Made by a program: the position numbers and the translations under genes. The notes under the pieces were generated by a model, which was given only the letters and a program-made list of their open reading frames with translations, did not search any database and was not told the origin of the DNA. From Minisyncoccota bacterium (GTDB lineage Bacteria > Patescibacteriota > Minisyncoccia > Phycocordibacterales > UBA9973), in NCBI GenBank assembly GCA_035403785.1, contig DAONFW010000003.1:14009-78008 (forward strand): 64,000 nucleotides of DNA, given 5' to 3'. Below are positions 47,662 to 57,514 of this stretch, piece after piece; position 1 is the first letter of the stretch, and every line of letters begins with the position of its first letter.

Positions 47662-47946
47662 TTAATTACCACTTAACTCATTTATAATATTTGTTCTTTC
47701 TTGGTCTGTTATTGGCTCAGCTGTTTTTTTAGAAGTTAAATCATTTATTATTTCTTTTCTATCTTCATCAGTAATCGGAGCAAATTTTTCTGCACTTAGT
47801 TCGTTTATTATTTCGGCTCTCCTTTTTTCTCCTACACCAAAGTCATTAGAATTTTTTCTAAAGAAGAAAAAATAAACAAGACCAACAATAATTAGAACAG
47901 CAAGAACAATAATAGTTATTATTAGAACTTTTTTGTTTTTCGTCAT
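47662..47946 (-). CDS. Small membrane-anchored protein with three tandem ITDxxRxxIINxLS repeats
   Basis: From ATG 47946: MTKNKKVLIITIIVLAVLIIVGLVYFFFF..., then EIINELSAEKFAPITDEDRKEIINDLTSKKTAEPITDQERTNIINELS. Confidence 0.45.
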   Translation of the reverse strand: MTKNKKVLIITIIVLAVLIIVGLVYFFFFRKNSNDFGVGEKRRAEIINELSAEKFAPITDEDRKEIINDLTSKKTAEPITDQERTNIINELSGN

Positions 47947-48136
47947 GTTTAGATTATACAATTAATTATTTAATTAACAAAGCAATATTTTGTTGATTTT
48001 GTTTAAATGTTAAAAGTCTTGCTTTCAATAAAAAAAATGCTAGACTAATATATGTATAAGTCCTGCAGAACGGGGCTTTTATTTTTACCAACTTAGTCAG
48101 TTGATATTAACAATTTAATATTAGAAAACTAAATAT

Positions 48137-49402
48137 ATGCTAGATATAAAAACATTTAAATCTGCATTGGAACAGCTCGAGCAAGAGAGAAAAATTCCAA
48201 AAGAAAAGATTATTGATGCAATCGAGCAAGCCATGGCCGCCGCCTACAAAAAAGATTACGGCAAAAAAGGCCAAATTATTAGAGCTAAATTTGATTTGGA
48301 AACAGGACAGACTGATTTCTTCCAAATAAAAATAGTTGTAGATGAAACTACTGCTATTATTCCTGAAGAAGGAGCAGAAGAAGAAGCTGAAACAGAATTT
48401 GTCCGAGAAGAAGGAGACGAAAGAGTTCGTTTTAACTCTGAACATCATATTCTTCTAGAAGACGCAAAGAAAATTAAAAAAGACGTGCAATTAAACGATG
48501 AAATCGTTTTTCCGTTAGAACAAAAAGACGAATACGGCAGAATTGCAGCCCAAACAGCCAAACAAGTTATTATCCAAAGAATTCGTGAAGCTGAAAGAGC
48601 ATCTGTCATAGATGAATACGGCACAAAAGAAGGAGAAATTATTTCAGGAATAGTGCAAAAAGTTGAAAGAGGTAATGTTTATGTAGATTTCAATAGAGCA
48701 ACAGGAGTATTGCCAGTAGAAGAACAAATCCCTGGCGAATATTTCCAAAGAGGTCAAAGAATTCGCGCTTACTTGTATTCAGTAGAAGACACAGTAAGAG
48801 GAATCAACTTAAGACTTTCAAGAACTCATCCTAAGTTTATTGAAAAATTATTTGAAGCAGAAGCACCAGAAATACAATCAGGCACAGTAGAAATCAAATC
48901 TATCGCCCGAGAAGCAGGCGCTCGCTCAAAAATCGCGGTTTACTCAAGTGACGAACACATTGATCCAGTAGGCTCATGCGTTGGACAAAAAGGAACTCGC
49001 GTAAACACAATTACTCAAGAATTATCGGGAGAAAAAATTGATATTATTCCTTGGTCAGAAAATCCAAAAGAATATATTTCAAATTCTTTGTCTCCAGCAA
49101 AAGTTCTTTCAATAGAAGTAGACGAGAAAGAACACAAAGCAGAAGTAGAGGTAGCAGAAGATCAACTTTCTCTAGCCATAGGTAAAGGCGGACAGAACGT
49201 TAGATTAGCTGCAAAATTAACCGGTTGGAGAATAGATATCAAAGGCAACGGTGAAGAAATGGCATCTGCTGAAGCTGACGGAGAAAACGTTGAAATAGAA
49301 GAAGAATTGGGAGACGAAGAAGCTGGACCAGAAAAAAATTTAGAAGTTGAAACACCAGAAGACACAGAAGAAATTGAAGCTGAAGCAACAAAAGAAGAAT
49401 AA
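48137..49402 (+). CDS. nusA: Transcription termination/antitermination factor NusA
   Basis: N-terminal NusA domain, S1 and two KH regions (GQNVRLAAKLTGWRIDIK), acidic C-terminal tail. Confidence 0.9.
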   Translation: MLDIKTFKSALEQLEQERKIPKEKIIDAIEQAMAAAYKKDYGKKGQIIRAKFDLETGQTDFFQIKIVVDETTAIIPEEGAEEEAETEFVREEGDERVRFNSEHHILLEDAKKIKKDVQLNDEIVFPLEQKDEYGRIAAQTAKQVIIQRIREAERASVIDEYGTKEGEIISGIVQKVERGNVYVDFNRATGVLPVEEQIPGEYFQRGQRIRAYLYSVEDTVRGINLRLSRTHPKFIEKLFEAEAPEIQSGTVEIKSIAREAGARSKIAVYSSDEHIDPVGSCVGQKGTRVNTITQELSGEKIDIIPWSENPKEYISNSLSPAKVLSIEVDEKEHKAEVEVAEDQLSLAIGKGGQNVRLAAKLTGWRIDIKGNGEEMASAEADGENVEIEEELGDEEAGPEKNLEVETPEDTEEIEAEATKEE

Positions 49403-49447
49403 AATAAAAAATAATTATTATTAATCAAATTAAAAAAATATAAATAT

Positions 49448-51445
49448 ATGAGTCAATTTATATGGTTTGCAATAATTAGTTCACTAGTAGCTATAATCTA
49501 TGGCTTACTATTGGCTAGAACTATTATCAAAAAAAGCAGTGGCGATGAAAAAATGAAATCTATTTCTGCTGCTATCGCTGAAGGAGCAAAAGCTTACTTA
49601 AACAAGCAATACAAGACTATCAGTGTTATCGCTGTGATCTTGTTCGCAGTACTTTGGTTGGGATTGGGATTCAATTCTGCTCTAGGCTTTATTGTTGGTG
49701 CTGTACTTTCAGCTTTGGCTGGATATGTTGGAATGAATGTTTCTGTTAGAGCAAACGTTAGAACAACAGAAGCCGCAAAGTCTGGTTTGAAAAAAGCTTT
49801 GAGCGTAGCTTTCAAAGGAGGCACAGTCACGGGTTTGCTAGTCGTAGGATTAGCTTTGCTTGGAGTTGCTGGACTTTATTTAATTACTGGCGACGTGAAA
49901 GCTCTAGTTGGATTGGGATTCGGAGCAAGTTTGATTTCAGTTTTTGCTAGACTTGGAGGAGGAATATTTACAAAAGCAGCAGACGTAGGCGCAGACTTAG
50001 TTGGAAAAGTAGAAGCTGGCATTCCAGAAGATGATCCAAGAAACCCAGCAGTTATCGCAGACAACGTTGGAGACAACGTTGGAGACTGCGCAGGAATGGC
50101 AGCAGACTTGTTTGAAACTTATGCTGTTACTTCTGTTGCTACTATGCTATTAGGCTCGCTATTATTTACAGGATTCGGAGGCGCTATTGCTTATCCACTT
50201 GCAATCGGCGGAATTGCTATCATTTGTTCTATCATTGGAACTTGGTTTGTAAAACTTGGAAAGAAAAATAATATCATGGGCGCTTTGTACAAAGGTTTGA
50301 TCGCTGCTGGAGTTCTAGCTACTGCAGCTTTCTACCCAGTTACAAAATTACTTATGTCAGGCAACGGTGTTTACTCTGTTTCTGATTTATTTATCTGCGC
50401 TATCACTGGTCTATTTGTTACTGGCGCTTTGGTTATAATCACAGAATATTTCACTTCTACAAAATACGCACCTGTTAAATCTATTGCAAAAGCTTCTGTT
50501 TCTGGACACGGCACAAACGTAATTCAAGGTTTAGCTATCTCAATGAAAGCAACCGCCCTTCCACTACTTACTATCGTTGCTGGAATTTTAGTTACTTATA
50601 ATTTCGGTGGACTTTATGGAATCGCAGTTGCTGCAATGAGTATGCTTTCAATGACCGGAATCATAGTTGCAATTGATGCATACGGACCAATCACAGACAA
50701 CGCTGGAGGAATTGCAGAAATGTCTGGTCTTCCAGAATCAGTTCGTGATGTTACAGATCCATTAGACGCAGTTGGAAACACAACAAAAGCTGTTACAAAA
50801 GGTTATGCTATTGGTTCAGCTGGACTTGCAGCATTAGTTTTGTTCGCAGCATATACAGAAGAAATCAGAGCTGCAGTTGGACAAGTTATGCCTTTTGACT
50901 TAAGCAATCCAAAAGTTATAGTAGGCTTGTTTATTGGAGGACTTTTGCCTTATTTCTTCGGCGCATTATGTATGGAAGCTGTAGGAAAAGCAGCTGGAAA
51001 AGTTGTTGAAGAAGTTCGAAGACAGTTCAGAGAAATCAAAGGCATCATGACCGGCGAAGGCAAACCAGAATATGGCACATGTGTAAAAATAGTTACCGGA
51101 AGTGCTATCAAACAAATGATCGTGCCAGCTTTGATTCCAGTATTAGTACCAATCATAGTTGGATTCACGTTGGGTCCAGTTGCGCTTGGTGGACTTCTTG
51201 TTGGTTCTATCGTTACTGGTTTGTTCGTTGCTATCTCAATGACTTCAGGTGGCGGCGCATGGGACAATGCTAAGAAATATATAGAATTAGGCAATTTTGG
51301 AGGCAAAGGTGGCGATGCTCACAAAGCAGCAGTTACTGGAGACACAGTTGGTGATCCTTACAAAGACACAGCTGGTCCTGCTATCAATCCAATGATTAAA
51401 ATTCTAAACATTGTTGCATTGTTGATAGTTGCATTCTTGATTTAA
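49448..51445 (+). CDS. hppA: Membrane-bound proton/sodium-translocating pyrophosphatase
   Basis: [24 protein letters not shown] and [13 protein letters not shown] signatures; about 15 TM helices. Confidence 0.9.
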   Translation: MSQFIWFAIISSLVAIIYGLLLARTIIKKSSGDEKMKSISAAIAEGAKAYLNKQYKTISVIAVILFAVLWLGLGFNSALGFIVGAVLSALAGYVGMNVSVRANVRTTEAAKSGLKKALSVAFKGGTVTGLLVVGLALLGVAGLYLITGDVKALVGLGFGASLISVFARLGGGIFTKAADVGADLVGKVEAGIPEDDPRNPAVIADNVGDNVGDCAGMAADLFETYAVTSVATMLLGSLLFTGFGGAIAYPLAIGGIAIICSIIGTWFVKLGKKNNIMGALYKGLIAAGVLATAAFYPVTKLLMSGNGVYSVSDLFICAITGLFVTGALVIITEYFTSTKYAPVKSIAKASVSGHGTNVIQGLAISMKATALPLLTIVAGILVTYNFGGLYGIAVAAMSMLSMTGIIVAIDAYGPITDNAGGIAEMSGLPESVRDVTDPLDAVGNTTKAVTKGYAIGSAGLAALVLFAAYTEEIRAAVGQVMPFDLSNPKVIVGLFIGGLLPYFFGALCMEAVGKAAGKVVEEVRRQFREIKGIMTGEGKPEYGTCVKIVTGSAIKQMIVPALIPVLVPIIVGFTLGPVALGGLLVGSIVTGLFVAISMTSGGGAWDNAKKYIELGNFGGKGGDAHKAAVTGDTVGDPYKDTAGPAINPMIKILNIVALLIVAFLI

Positions 51446-51464
51446 TTAAAATATTAAACACCAT

Positions 51465-51495
51465 TAAAAAACCCACATATTCTGTGGGTTTTTTA
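51465..51495. terminator. Terminator after hppA
   Basis: AAAAAACCCACA-TATTC-TGTGGGTTTTTT. Confidence 0.7.
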
Positions 51496-51527
51496 AGTTT
51501 GTTTCTGTAAGGGAACTTAATTAAGTC

Positions 51528-51881
51528 TTACTTTGTTTTATCTCCAAAATTTCTAATCCTCTTAATAAAGTCAGTAATCTCTTTTGGAATATTATCTATA
51601 TATTCAGGTTGTATTACGCCGTATAATTCCGCTATACTTTTGGGCACGTCCTCCATTAAATAATGACCAACCCATCTTGATCCAGCAATTGGATCATGAG
51701 AATTAAATATATTTGGGTCTGCTTCAAGCTTTTCCAAAAGCGACATATTATGTCTTACAATATTTAATGCTTCTTCGTTAATTTTTTTAGCAAGTTCTGG
51801 ATTACTTACTAAAGAATTTGTATATCTATTTGCTTCTCCTAATTTTGGGTTATATTCATTTTTATTTAATCCCTCATTCAT
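51528..51881 (-). CDS. Hypothetical protein
   Basis: 117-aa ORF, no recognisable domain. Confidence 0.4.
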   Translation of the reverse strand: MNEGLNKNEYNPKLGEANRYTNSLVSNPELAKKINEEALNIVRHNMSLLEKLEADPNIFNSHDPIAGSRWVGHYLMEDVPKSIAELYGVIQPEYIDNIPKEITDFIKRIRNFGDKTK

Positions 51882-52093
51882 AAAATTTAACTTCTTAAAT
51901 TAATAAAAACTTTCGACGTCTATATTTAATATATTAAACTCTTAAAAAACTTTGTCAAAAAGCTAACTTCTGTAATTTTCCACATATTACAAACGTCTTT
52001 ATAGTAAAAGAGGTATAATAAAAAGTAATCACACATTGTAAAAGAAAAAGGTCAAATTATTAGTTTAATTATTATTAATAAAAATAAAAAATT

Positions 52094-52783
52094 ATGAAAA
52101 AATATTTAACTTTGTTTGCCGTAGGATTATTTGTTTTTTCAGCATCATCTATTGCAACAGCAGAAGAAATGAATTTGTCTGCTTTTGCTCAAAAGAGAGC
52201 TGAGATAAGACAAGAAATCCAACAAATTAAAACTAGCGCTCTACAGAGTAGAGAAGAAATAAAAGCTAAAATCCAAGCTTTAAGAACAGAAACTAAACAA
52301 AAAAGAGAAGAACTAAAAGTACAAATTCAAGCACAAAAAGATGCTGCTCAAGTAAAAATTCAAGAGAACAGAATGATCGGAAGAGAAGTTGCTCTTGAAA
52401 GATTTGATACAGCTTTTGCAAGAATGGATACTTTAACCCAAAAAGTAAATGCATTAATTGCAAAAGTTGAAGCTAAAGGAATAAATACAACAGAAGCAAA
52501 AACTTTTGTTAATACTTCAGACACTAAATTAACTGAAGCCAAAGCAAAAATAGCTGAGGCATCAAGTCTACTTTCATCTTCTACAAATCAACTTACTCCA
52601 GAAAACAAAGCAGAATTTAAAACTCTCGTAACAGATGCTCAAACTCTTATCAAAGAAGCTCATCAAGCTTTAAAAGATGCAATGAGGTCATTAAAAACTT
52701 CTCTTGTTGCTGAAAGAACTGCAAACAATCAACAACAACCAGATGATACTACTGACAACAACACTGAACCAGAAAACGATTAA
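52094..52783 (+). CDS. Secreted coiled-coil protein (hypothetical)
   Basis: Signal peptide MKKYLTLFAVGLFVFSASSIATA; long heptad-like K/E/Q-rich helices; acidic Thr/Asp tail. Confidence 0.5.
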   Translation: MKKYLTLFAVGLFVFSASSIATAEEMNLSAFAQKRAEIRQEIQQIKTSALQSREEIKAKIQALRTETKQKREELKVQIQAQKDAAQVKIQENRMIGREVALERFDTAFARMDTLTQKVNALIAKVEAKGINTTEAKTFVNTSDTKLTEAKAKIAEASSLLSSSTNQLTPENKAEFKTLVTDAQTLIKEAHQALKDAMRSLKTSLVAERTANNQQQPDDTTDNNTEPEND

Positions 52784-52814
52784 AAACTAAAATAAAAAAT
52801 AATCAATTTAAATT

Positions 52815-53036
52815 ATGGAACCAGAAAAAAAATCACACGGTGCTCTTATAGGATCAATAATTATAGTTCTAATTCTGATAATCGGCGGAATCTATGTTTG
52901 GCAACAAAAGAAAAATAATGTTGAACTTAACCAAATAAAAGAAGAGCAACAAACTGTTAAAGAAGTTAACAGTCTAGAAGACGAAATAAACGAAACAGAC
53001 ACTGACGTTAACGTAGATTTGAGCGGGATTGAATAA
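52815..53036 (+). CDS. Small single-TM protein (hypothetical)
   Basis: 73 aa, TM ALIGSIIIVLILIIGGIYVW. Confidence 0.4.
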   Translation: MEPEKKSHGALIGSIIIVLILIIGGIYVWQQKKNNVELNQIKEEQQTVKEVNSLEDEINETDTDVNVDLSGIE

Positions 53037-53145
53037 ACTAAATAAAAAATCCTATCAAAAAAATGCAAAATTACTGCGGTTTTTTGATTTGGTCTAAATA
53101 TGTTAAAAATTTGAAATAAAAATACTTTTAATATAGTATGTAAAC

Positions 53146-54261
53146 ATGCTTAAAACAAACGTAAAAAAATTACCAAAAAGCGAAGTTGAAATTGAAGGAG
53201 AATTAGCAGCAGAAGCTTTTGAGCTTTATTTTGAAAAGGCTTTGAACAAAATAGGCGCTGAAGTAGAAGTAGATGGATTCCGAAAAGGTAAAGTGCCTCA
53301 GAATATTTTATTATCAAAAGTTCCTGAAATCAGAGTTCTAGAAGAAATGGCGGCAATGGCAATCGAAGAACACTATCCAAAAATTCTAGAATCAGAAAAA
53401 TTAGATGTGATTTCAAGACCAGAAATTTCTATTACAAAACTAGCAAGAAATAATCCTCTAGAATTCAAAGTTAAAACAGCTCTAATGCCTGAAACAAAAC
53501 TTGCTGATTATAAAAAAATTGCTAAAAAAATAACTTCTGAGATTACAGAAAAAGATAAAAATATAGAAGTCACAGAAAAAGAAATCGAAGACACTATCTT
53601 AGACATCAGAAAATCCAGAGCAAAAAAACAACACATCACAGAAGCAGTAGAAGAACACGAGAAACATAAATGTGATGATGAAAAATGTGAACACAATCAT
53701 GCAGAAGAAAGTAAGGAAATAAAAGAACCAGAAGAAAAAGATTTACCAGAATTTAATGACGAGTTTGTGCAAGCACTTGGTCCGTTCAAAGACGTTGCAG
53801 ATTTCAGACTAAAACTAAAAGATAATATAAAATTAGAAAAAGAAAATCAGCTAAAAGAAAAAACAAGATTAAAAATAGTTGAAGAAATAATAGAAAAAAC
53901 AGACATTGATCTTCCAGAAATTTTAATCGATGTAGAATTAAATAAAATTCTATACAGAATGGAATCCGATATCGCGCAGATGGGCCTAAAATTTGAAGAT
54001 TATCTAAAGCATTTAAACAAAACTGTAGATGATTTGAAAAAAGAATTTCACAAAGACGCAGAAAAGAAAGCAAAACTTGGCTTGATCTTGAATGAAATTT
54101 CAAAAATAGAAAATATCAAAGCAGATCCAAAACAAGTAGAACAAGAAGTTGCAATGATTTTGGAATACTACAAAGACGCTGACCCTGAAAGAGCAAAAAT
54201 TCATGCTGAAAACGTGCTAACAAACGAAGCTGTGTTTCAGTTTTTGGAAAAGCAGCAATAG
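53146..54261 (+). CDS. tig: Trigger factor lacking the central PPIase (FKBP) domain
   Basis: N-terminal ribosome-binding signature GFRKGKVP. Only 371 aa: the middle is a charged linker with HEKHKCDDEKCEHNH. tig-clpP synteny. Confidence 0.8.
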   Translation: MLKTNVKKLPKSEVEIEGELAAEAFELYFEKALNKIGAEVEVDGFRKGKVPQNILLSKVPEIRVLEEMAAMAIEEHYPKILESEKLDVISRPEISITKLARNNPLEFKVKTALMPETKLADYKKIAKKITSEITEKDKNIEVTEKEIEDTILDIRKSRAKKQHITEAVEEHEKHKCDDEKCEHNHAEESKEIKEPEEKDLPEFNDEFVQALGPFKDVADFRLKLKDNIKLEKENQLKEKTRLKIVEEIIEKTDIDLPEILIDVELNKILYRMESDIAQMGLKFEDYLKHLNKTVDDLKKEFHKDAEKKAKLGLILNEISKIENIKADPKQVEQEVAMILEYYKDADPERAKIHAENVLTNEAVFQFLEKQQ

Positions 54262-54263
54262 AG

Positions 54264-54296
54264 AAATAAAAAAATCCCCTTAGTCGGGGATTTTTT
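54264..54296 (+). terminator. Rho-independent terminator after tig
   Basis: AAAAAAATCCCC-TTAGTC-GGGGATTTTTT. Confidence 0.7.
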
Positions 54297-54302
54297 GATA
54301 CT

Positions 54303-54545
54303 TTACTTTAGTTTAAAAAACTTATCATCTTTTTTCCTCGGACCTTGGATATTTTCATCTAGGACAAAATCATACCCTACTTTTATCTCTTTTCTATTCA
54401 ATAATTCACCTTCAACACGAGAAATACCTTCAGGATTATTTTGTGATTTAAAACTTTTAAGGGCAGATTTCAATTCTTCTGTACTAAATTTAGAAATGTC
54501 TCCATATAAATAAAGATTGTTTCTACTTTCATTTAATTCTTTCAT
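54303..54545 (-). CDS. Hypothetical small protein
   Basis: 80-aa ORF between the tig terminator and the clpP promoter; no domain. Confidence 0.35.
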   Translation of the reverse strand: MKELNESRNNLYLYGDISKFSTEELKSALKSFKSQNNPEGISRVEGELLNRKEIKVGYDFVLDENIQGPRKKDDKFFKLK

Positions 54546-54617
54546 ATATTTTTAAGTGTTAATCTAGTAATAATTCAATATTAATCTTAATCTGATCCTT
54601 TTGTCAATAAATAGTAT

Positions 54618-54646
54618 TTGCTTTAACAATTTTACCAGTTTATAAT
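54618..54646 (+). promoter_or_regulatory. Sigma-70-type promoter of clpP (-35 TTGCTT, 17-bp spacer, -10 TATAAT), giving a leaderless transcript
   Basis: TATAAT at 54641-54646 is 6 nt upstream of the ATG at 54653; no SD. Confidence 0.5.
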
Positions 54647-54652
54647 AGTTTT

Positions 54653-55243
54653 ATGTTAATCCCAACAGTTATTGAAAAATCACAATTCGGTGAAAGAGCT
54701 TATGATATTTATTCTAGATTATTAAAAGAAAGAATAATCTTCCTAGCTGGACCAATCGATGACAATGTAGCGAATATTGTAATCGCGCAACTTTTATTCT
54801 TAGAATCGGAAGATTCAAAAAAAGATATTTCTTTTTATATTAATTCCCCTGGAGGTTCTGTTACTAGTACAATGGCGATAGTCGACACGATGAATCATAT
54901 TCGTCCTGACGTTTCTACTTTCTGTGTTGGACTTGCCGCTTCTGGCGCAGCGATTATTCTTTCATCCGGTAAAAAAAATAAAAGATTTATCTTACCAAAT
55001 GCTGAAGTAATGATTCACCAGCCACTCGGCGGAGTAGAAGGACAAGCAACAGATATTGCTATCACTGCAAAGCATATTTTGAAAACAAAAGATAATCTAA
55101 ATAAACTTCTAGCAAAAAACACAGGTAAACCACTAGCTCAAGTAGAAAAAGATGTAGAACGTGATTTCTTTATGGATGCAGATGAAGCAAAAAAATACGG
55201 AATCATAGATGAAATAATCACAAAATCTAAAAGCGGAAAATAA
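54653..55243 (+). CDS. clpP: ATP-dependent Clp protease proteolytic subunit
   Basis: ...[20 protein letters not shown]... Ser-His-Asp ClpP signature. Confidence 0.95.
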   Translation: MLIPTVIEKSQFGERAYDIYSRLLKERIIFLAGPIDDNVANIVIAQLLFLESEDSKKDISFYINSPGGSVTSTMAIVDTMNHIRPDVSTFCVGLAASGAAIILSSGKKNKRFILPNAEVMIHQPLGGVEGQATDIAITAKHILKTKDNLNKLLAKNTGKPLAQVEKDVERDFFMDADEAKKYGIIDEIITKSKSGK

Positions 55244-55262
55244 AATTAAAGCTGTTTTTCAC

Positions 55263-55295
55263 AAAACCCTGTACACAAACAGGGTTTTGTTTTCG
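55263..55295 (+). terminator. Terminator after clpP
   Basis: AAAACCCTGT-ACACAA-ACAGGGTTTTGTTTT. Confidence 0.7.
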
Positions 55296-55521
55296 TCAAA
55301 TTTTGTCTCTTTACATATATATAAATTTAGAGTATTATAAAAATATCGAATTTTAAAAATTATTTTGAAATCGGTTTATAGAAATATTCCATATTATGTT
55401 GATGTTAAATAGAAATTCAAATATCTTTTACTTTAGAAAAAAGGCTTGCCAGATAAGGGAAAATAAGGGAATTTAACCATAAAATATAATGGGTGTGTTT
55501 TTATAGGCCGAAAAAAGGTTT

Positions 55522-57054
55522 ATGAGCACAACATTAATGATAATCCTAATCGGGGTTGTTACTCTCCTTTTGGGAGGGTTAGTTGGATACTACCTCAGAG
55601 TTATCGTCGCTCTAGGAAAAAGACGATCCATTGAAATCGACATCAAACAAATGATGGTCGGTGCAAAAGAAGAAGCGCAAAAAATAGTAGACGAAGCTAA
55701 AAGTAAATCAGAAACTACTTTGGCTGAGTTGAAAGAAGAAGAAAAGAAGAAAGAGCAAGAGTTCAAAGAGACAGAAAAAAGACTCATTAAGAAAGATGAG
55801 CTTTTGGATGCACGCCAACTTGAATTAAACAAGGAAGCAGAAAATTTGAAGCTTAAAATTGAAGAAATTAAAAAGATTCAAGAAAAAGTCCAGGGAATGG
55901 AAAATGAAAAAGTTGCTGAAATCGAAAGAGTGGCAAAATTGACTCAAGAAGAGGCAAAAGAAGAATTATTGCGAGACGTAGAAAAGAAATACGAAGAAGA
56001 TCTTCTTGTAAGAATTCAGAAATTGGAAAATAACAATGAAGAGAAAATAGAAAGGAGGGCGAAAGATATTCTTGCGACTTCTATTCAAAGACTTTCTTCA
56101 AGTACAGCCGCTGAATTAATGACTACAAGTGTCACAATTCCAAACAACGAAATCAAAGGAAAAATCATTGGTAAAGAAGGAAGGAATATCAGAGCCTTCG
56201 AAAGAGTAGCCGGAGTTGAATTGATCGTTGATGATACTCCAGGAACTATTATTATTTCTTCTTTTGATCCAGTTAGAAGACAAGTTGCTCGCGTTGCTCT
56301 TGAAAACTTGATTCTAGATGGAAGAATCCAGCCAGCAAAAATAGAAGAACTAGTTGAAAAAGCACGAGAAGATATAAATAAAATTATTAAAGAAAAAGGA
56401 GAACAAGCTGTTTACGAATGTGGCATATTTAATTTTGATCCACGTATTGTTGTAATTCTCGGAAGGCTTTATTTCAGAACAAGTTACGGACAGAATGTTT
56501 TGCAACACTCTGTTGAAATGGCACACATTGCTGGAATGCTAGCAGAAGAATTGGGTGCAGACGTGCAGATAACAAAAGCTGGAGCATTGGTTCATGACAT
56601 TGGAAAAGCTTTAGATCACGAAGCACAAGGAACTCACGTTGAAATTGGAATAAGAATTCTACAAAAATTCGGCGCTGATGAAAGAGTTATCACCGCAATG
56701 AAGTCTCACCATGAAGACCACCCTTATGAAACAATAGAATCTATCATCGTGCAAACAGCCGACTCTATCTCCGGAGGTCGCCCAGGAGCCAGAAGAGACT
56801 CAGTTGAAAACTACCTAAAACGTCTGCAAGAACTAGAAGCATTGGTAAACGGCTTTGATGGTGTTGAAAAATCATATGCTTTGCAGGCTGGACGTGAAAT
56901 TAGAATTTTTGTTACCCCAGAAAAAGTCTCTGACGTAGAAGCCAAGATAATGGCCCGCGATATTGCTGCAAAAATAGAGCAAGAACTTAAATATCCAGGC
57001 GAAATTAAGGTAACAATGATCCGCGAAACTAGAATTATAGAATACGCTAGATAA
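55522..57054 (+). CDS. rny: Ribonuclease Y
   Basis: N-terminal TM, coiled coil, KH domain (GKIIGKEGRNIRAFE), HD domain (HSVEMAHIAG...VHDIGKA). Confidence 0.9.
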   Translation: MSTTLMIILIGVVTLLLGGLVGYYLRVIVALGKRRSIEIDIKQMMVGAKEEAQKIVDEAKSKSETTLAELKEEEKKKEQEFKETEKRLIKKDELLDARQLELNKEAENLKLKIEEIKKIQEKVQGMENEKVAEIERVAKLTQEEAKEELLRDVEKKYEEDLLVRIQKLENNNEEKIERRAKDILATSIQRLSSSTAAELMTTSVTIPNNEIKGKIIGKEGRNIRAFERVAGVELIVDDTPGTIIISSFDPVRRQVARVALENLILDGRIQPAKIEELVEKAREDINKIIKEKGEQAVYECGIFNFDPRIVVILGRLYFRTSYGQNVLQHSVEMAHIAGMLAEELGADVQITKAGALVHDIGKALDHEAQGTHVEIGIRILQKFGADERVITAMKSHHEDHPYETIESIIVQTADSISGGRPGARRDSVENYLKRLQELEALVNGFDGVEKSYALQAGREIRIFVTPEKVSDVEAKIMARDIAAKIEQELKYPGEIKVTMIRETRIIEYAR

Positions 57055-57066
57055 AGTATTTTTTAC

Positions 57067-57101
57067 TTGCCCTAAAAAAACCCTTGTTATATAATGGTTA
57101 T
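57067..57101 (+). promoter_or_regulatory. Candidate promoter of hup (-35 TTGCCC, 17 bp, -10 TATAAT)
   Basis: ACTTGCCCTAAAAAAACCCTTGTTATATAATGG upstream of HU with about 60 nt of leader. Confidence 0.4.
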
Positions 57102-57165
57102 GTATTAGTTTATAAGAAAAGGGTCGAAAAGTATTATCAAAAAATAACTTTTAAAACCTAAAAAT

Positions 57166-57438
57166 ATGAATAAACAAGCAATCGTTGAATTGGTACATGG
57201 AAAGCTTGGTGGTACAAAAGTACAGGCTGAAGAAGTAGTAGACAGTATCTTTGATTCTATCACTGCAACTTTGAAAAAAGGAGGTGAAGTTTCAGTAGCT
57301 GGTTTCGGAATCTTCTCAGTAAAAGCAAGAGCTGCAAGAATGGCTCGCAATCCAAAGACTGGAGAGCAAGTTAAAGTTGCTGCAACCAAAGTTCCAAAAT
57401 TCAGAGCTGCAAAAGCTTTGAAGGACGCTGTAAAATAA
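57166..57438 (+). CDS. hup: DNA-binding protein HU
   Basis: ...GFGIFSVKARAARMARNPKTGEQVKV... HU/IHF arm signature; 90 aa. Confidence 0.92.
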   Translation: MNKQAIVELVHGKLGGTKVQAEEVVDSIFDSITATLKKGGEVSVAGFGIFSVKARAARMARNPKTGEQVKVAATKVPKFRAAKALKDAVK

Positions 57439-57460
57439 TATTTCTCTCGAGAGAAAAACA

Positions 57461-57496
57461 AAAAGCACTCTATTCATTAGAGCGCTTTTTGTTTTT
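57461..57496. terminator. Terminator after hup
   Basis: GCACTCTA-TTCAT-TAGAGCGC (one mismatch) then TTTTTGTTTTT. Confidence 0.6.
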
Positions 57497-57514
57497 AAAT
57501 TTCATTTTATTTTT

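Noticed and set aside
57443-57454. Loop-less palindrome TCTCTCGAGAGA after hup
   Set aside because: It is short and sits adjacent to the real terminator hairpin. It is probably part of the 3' UTR structure, and there is no evidence of a separate function.
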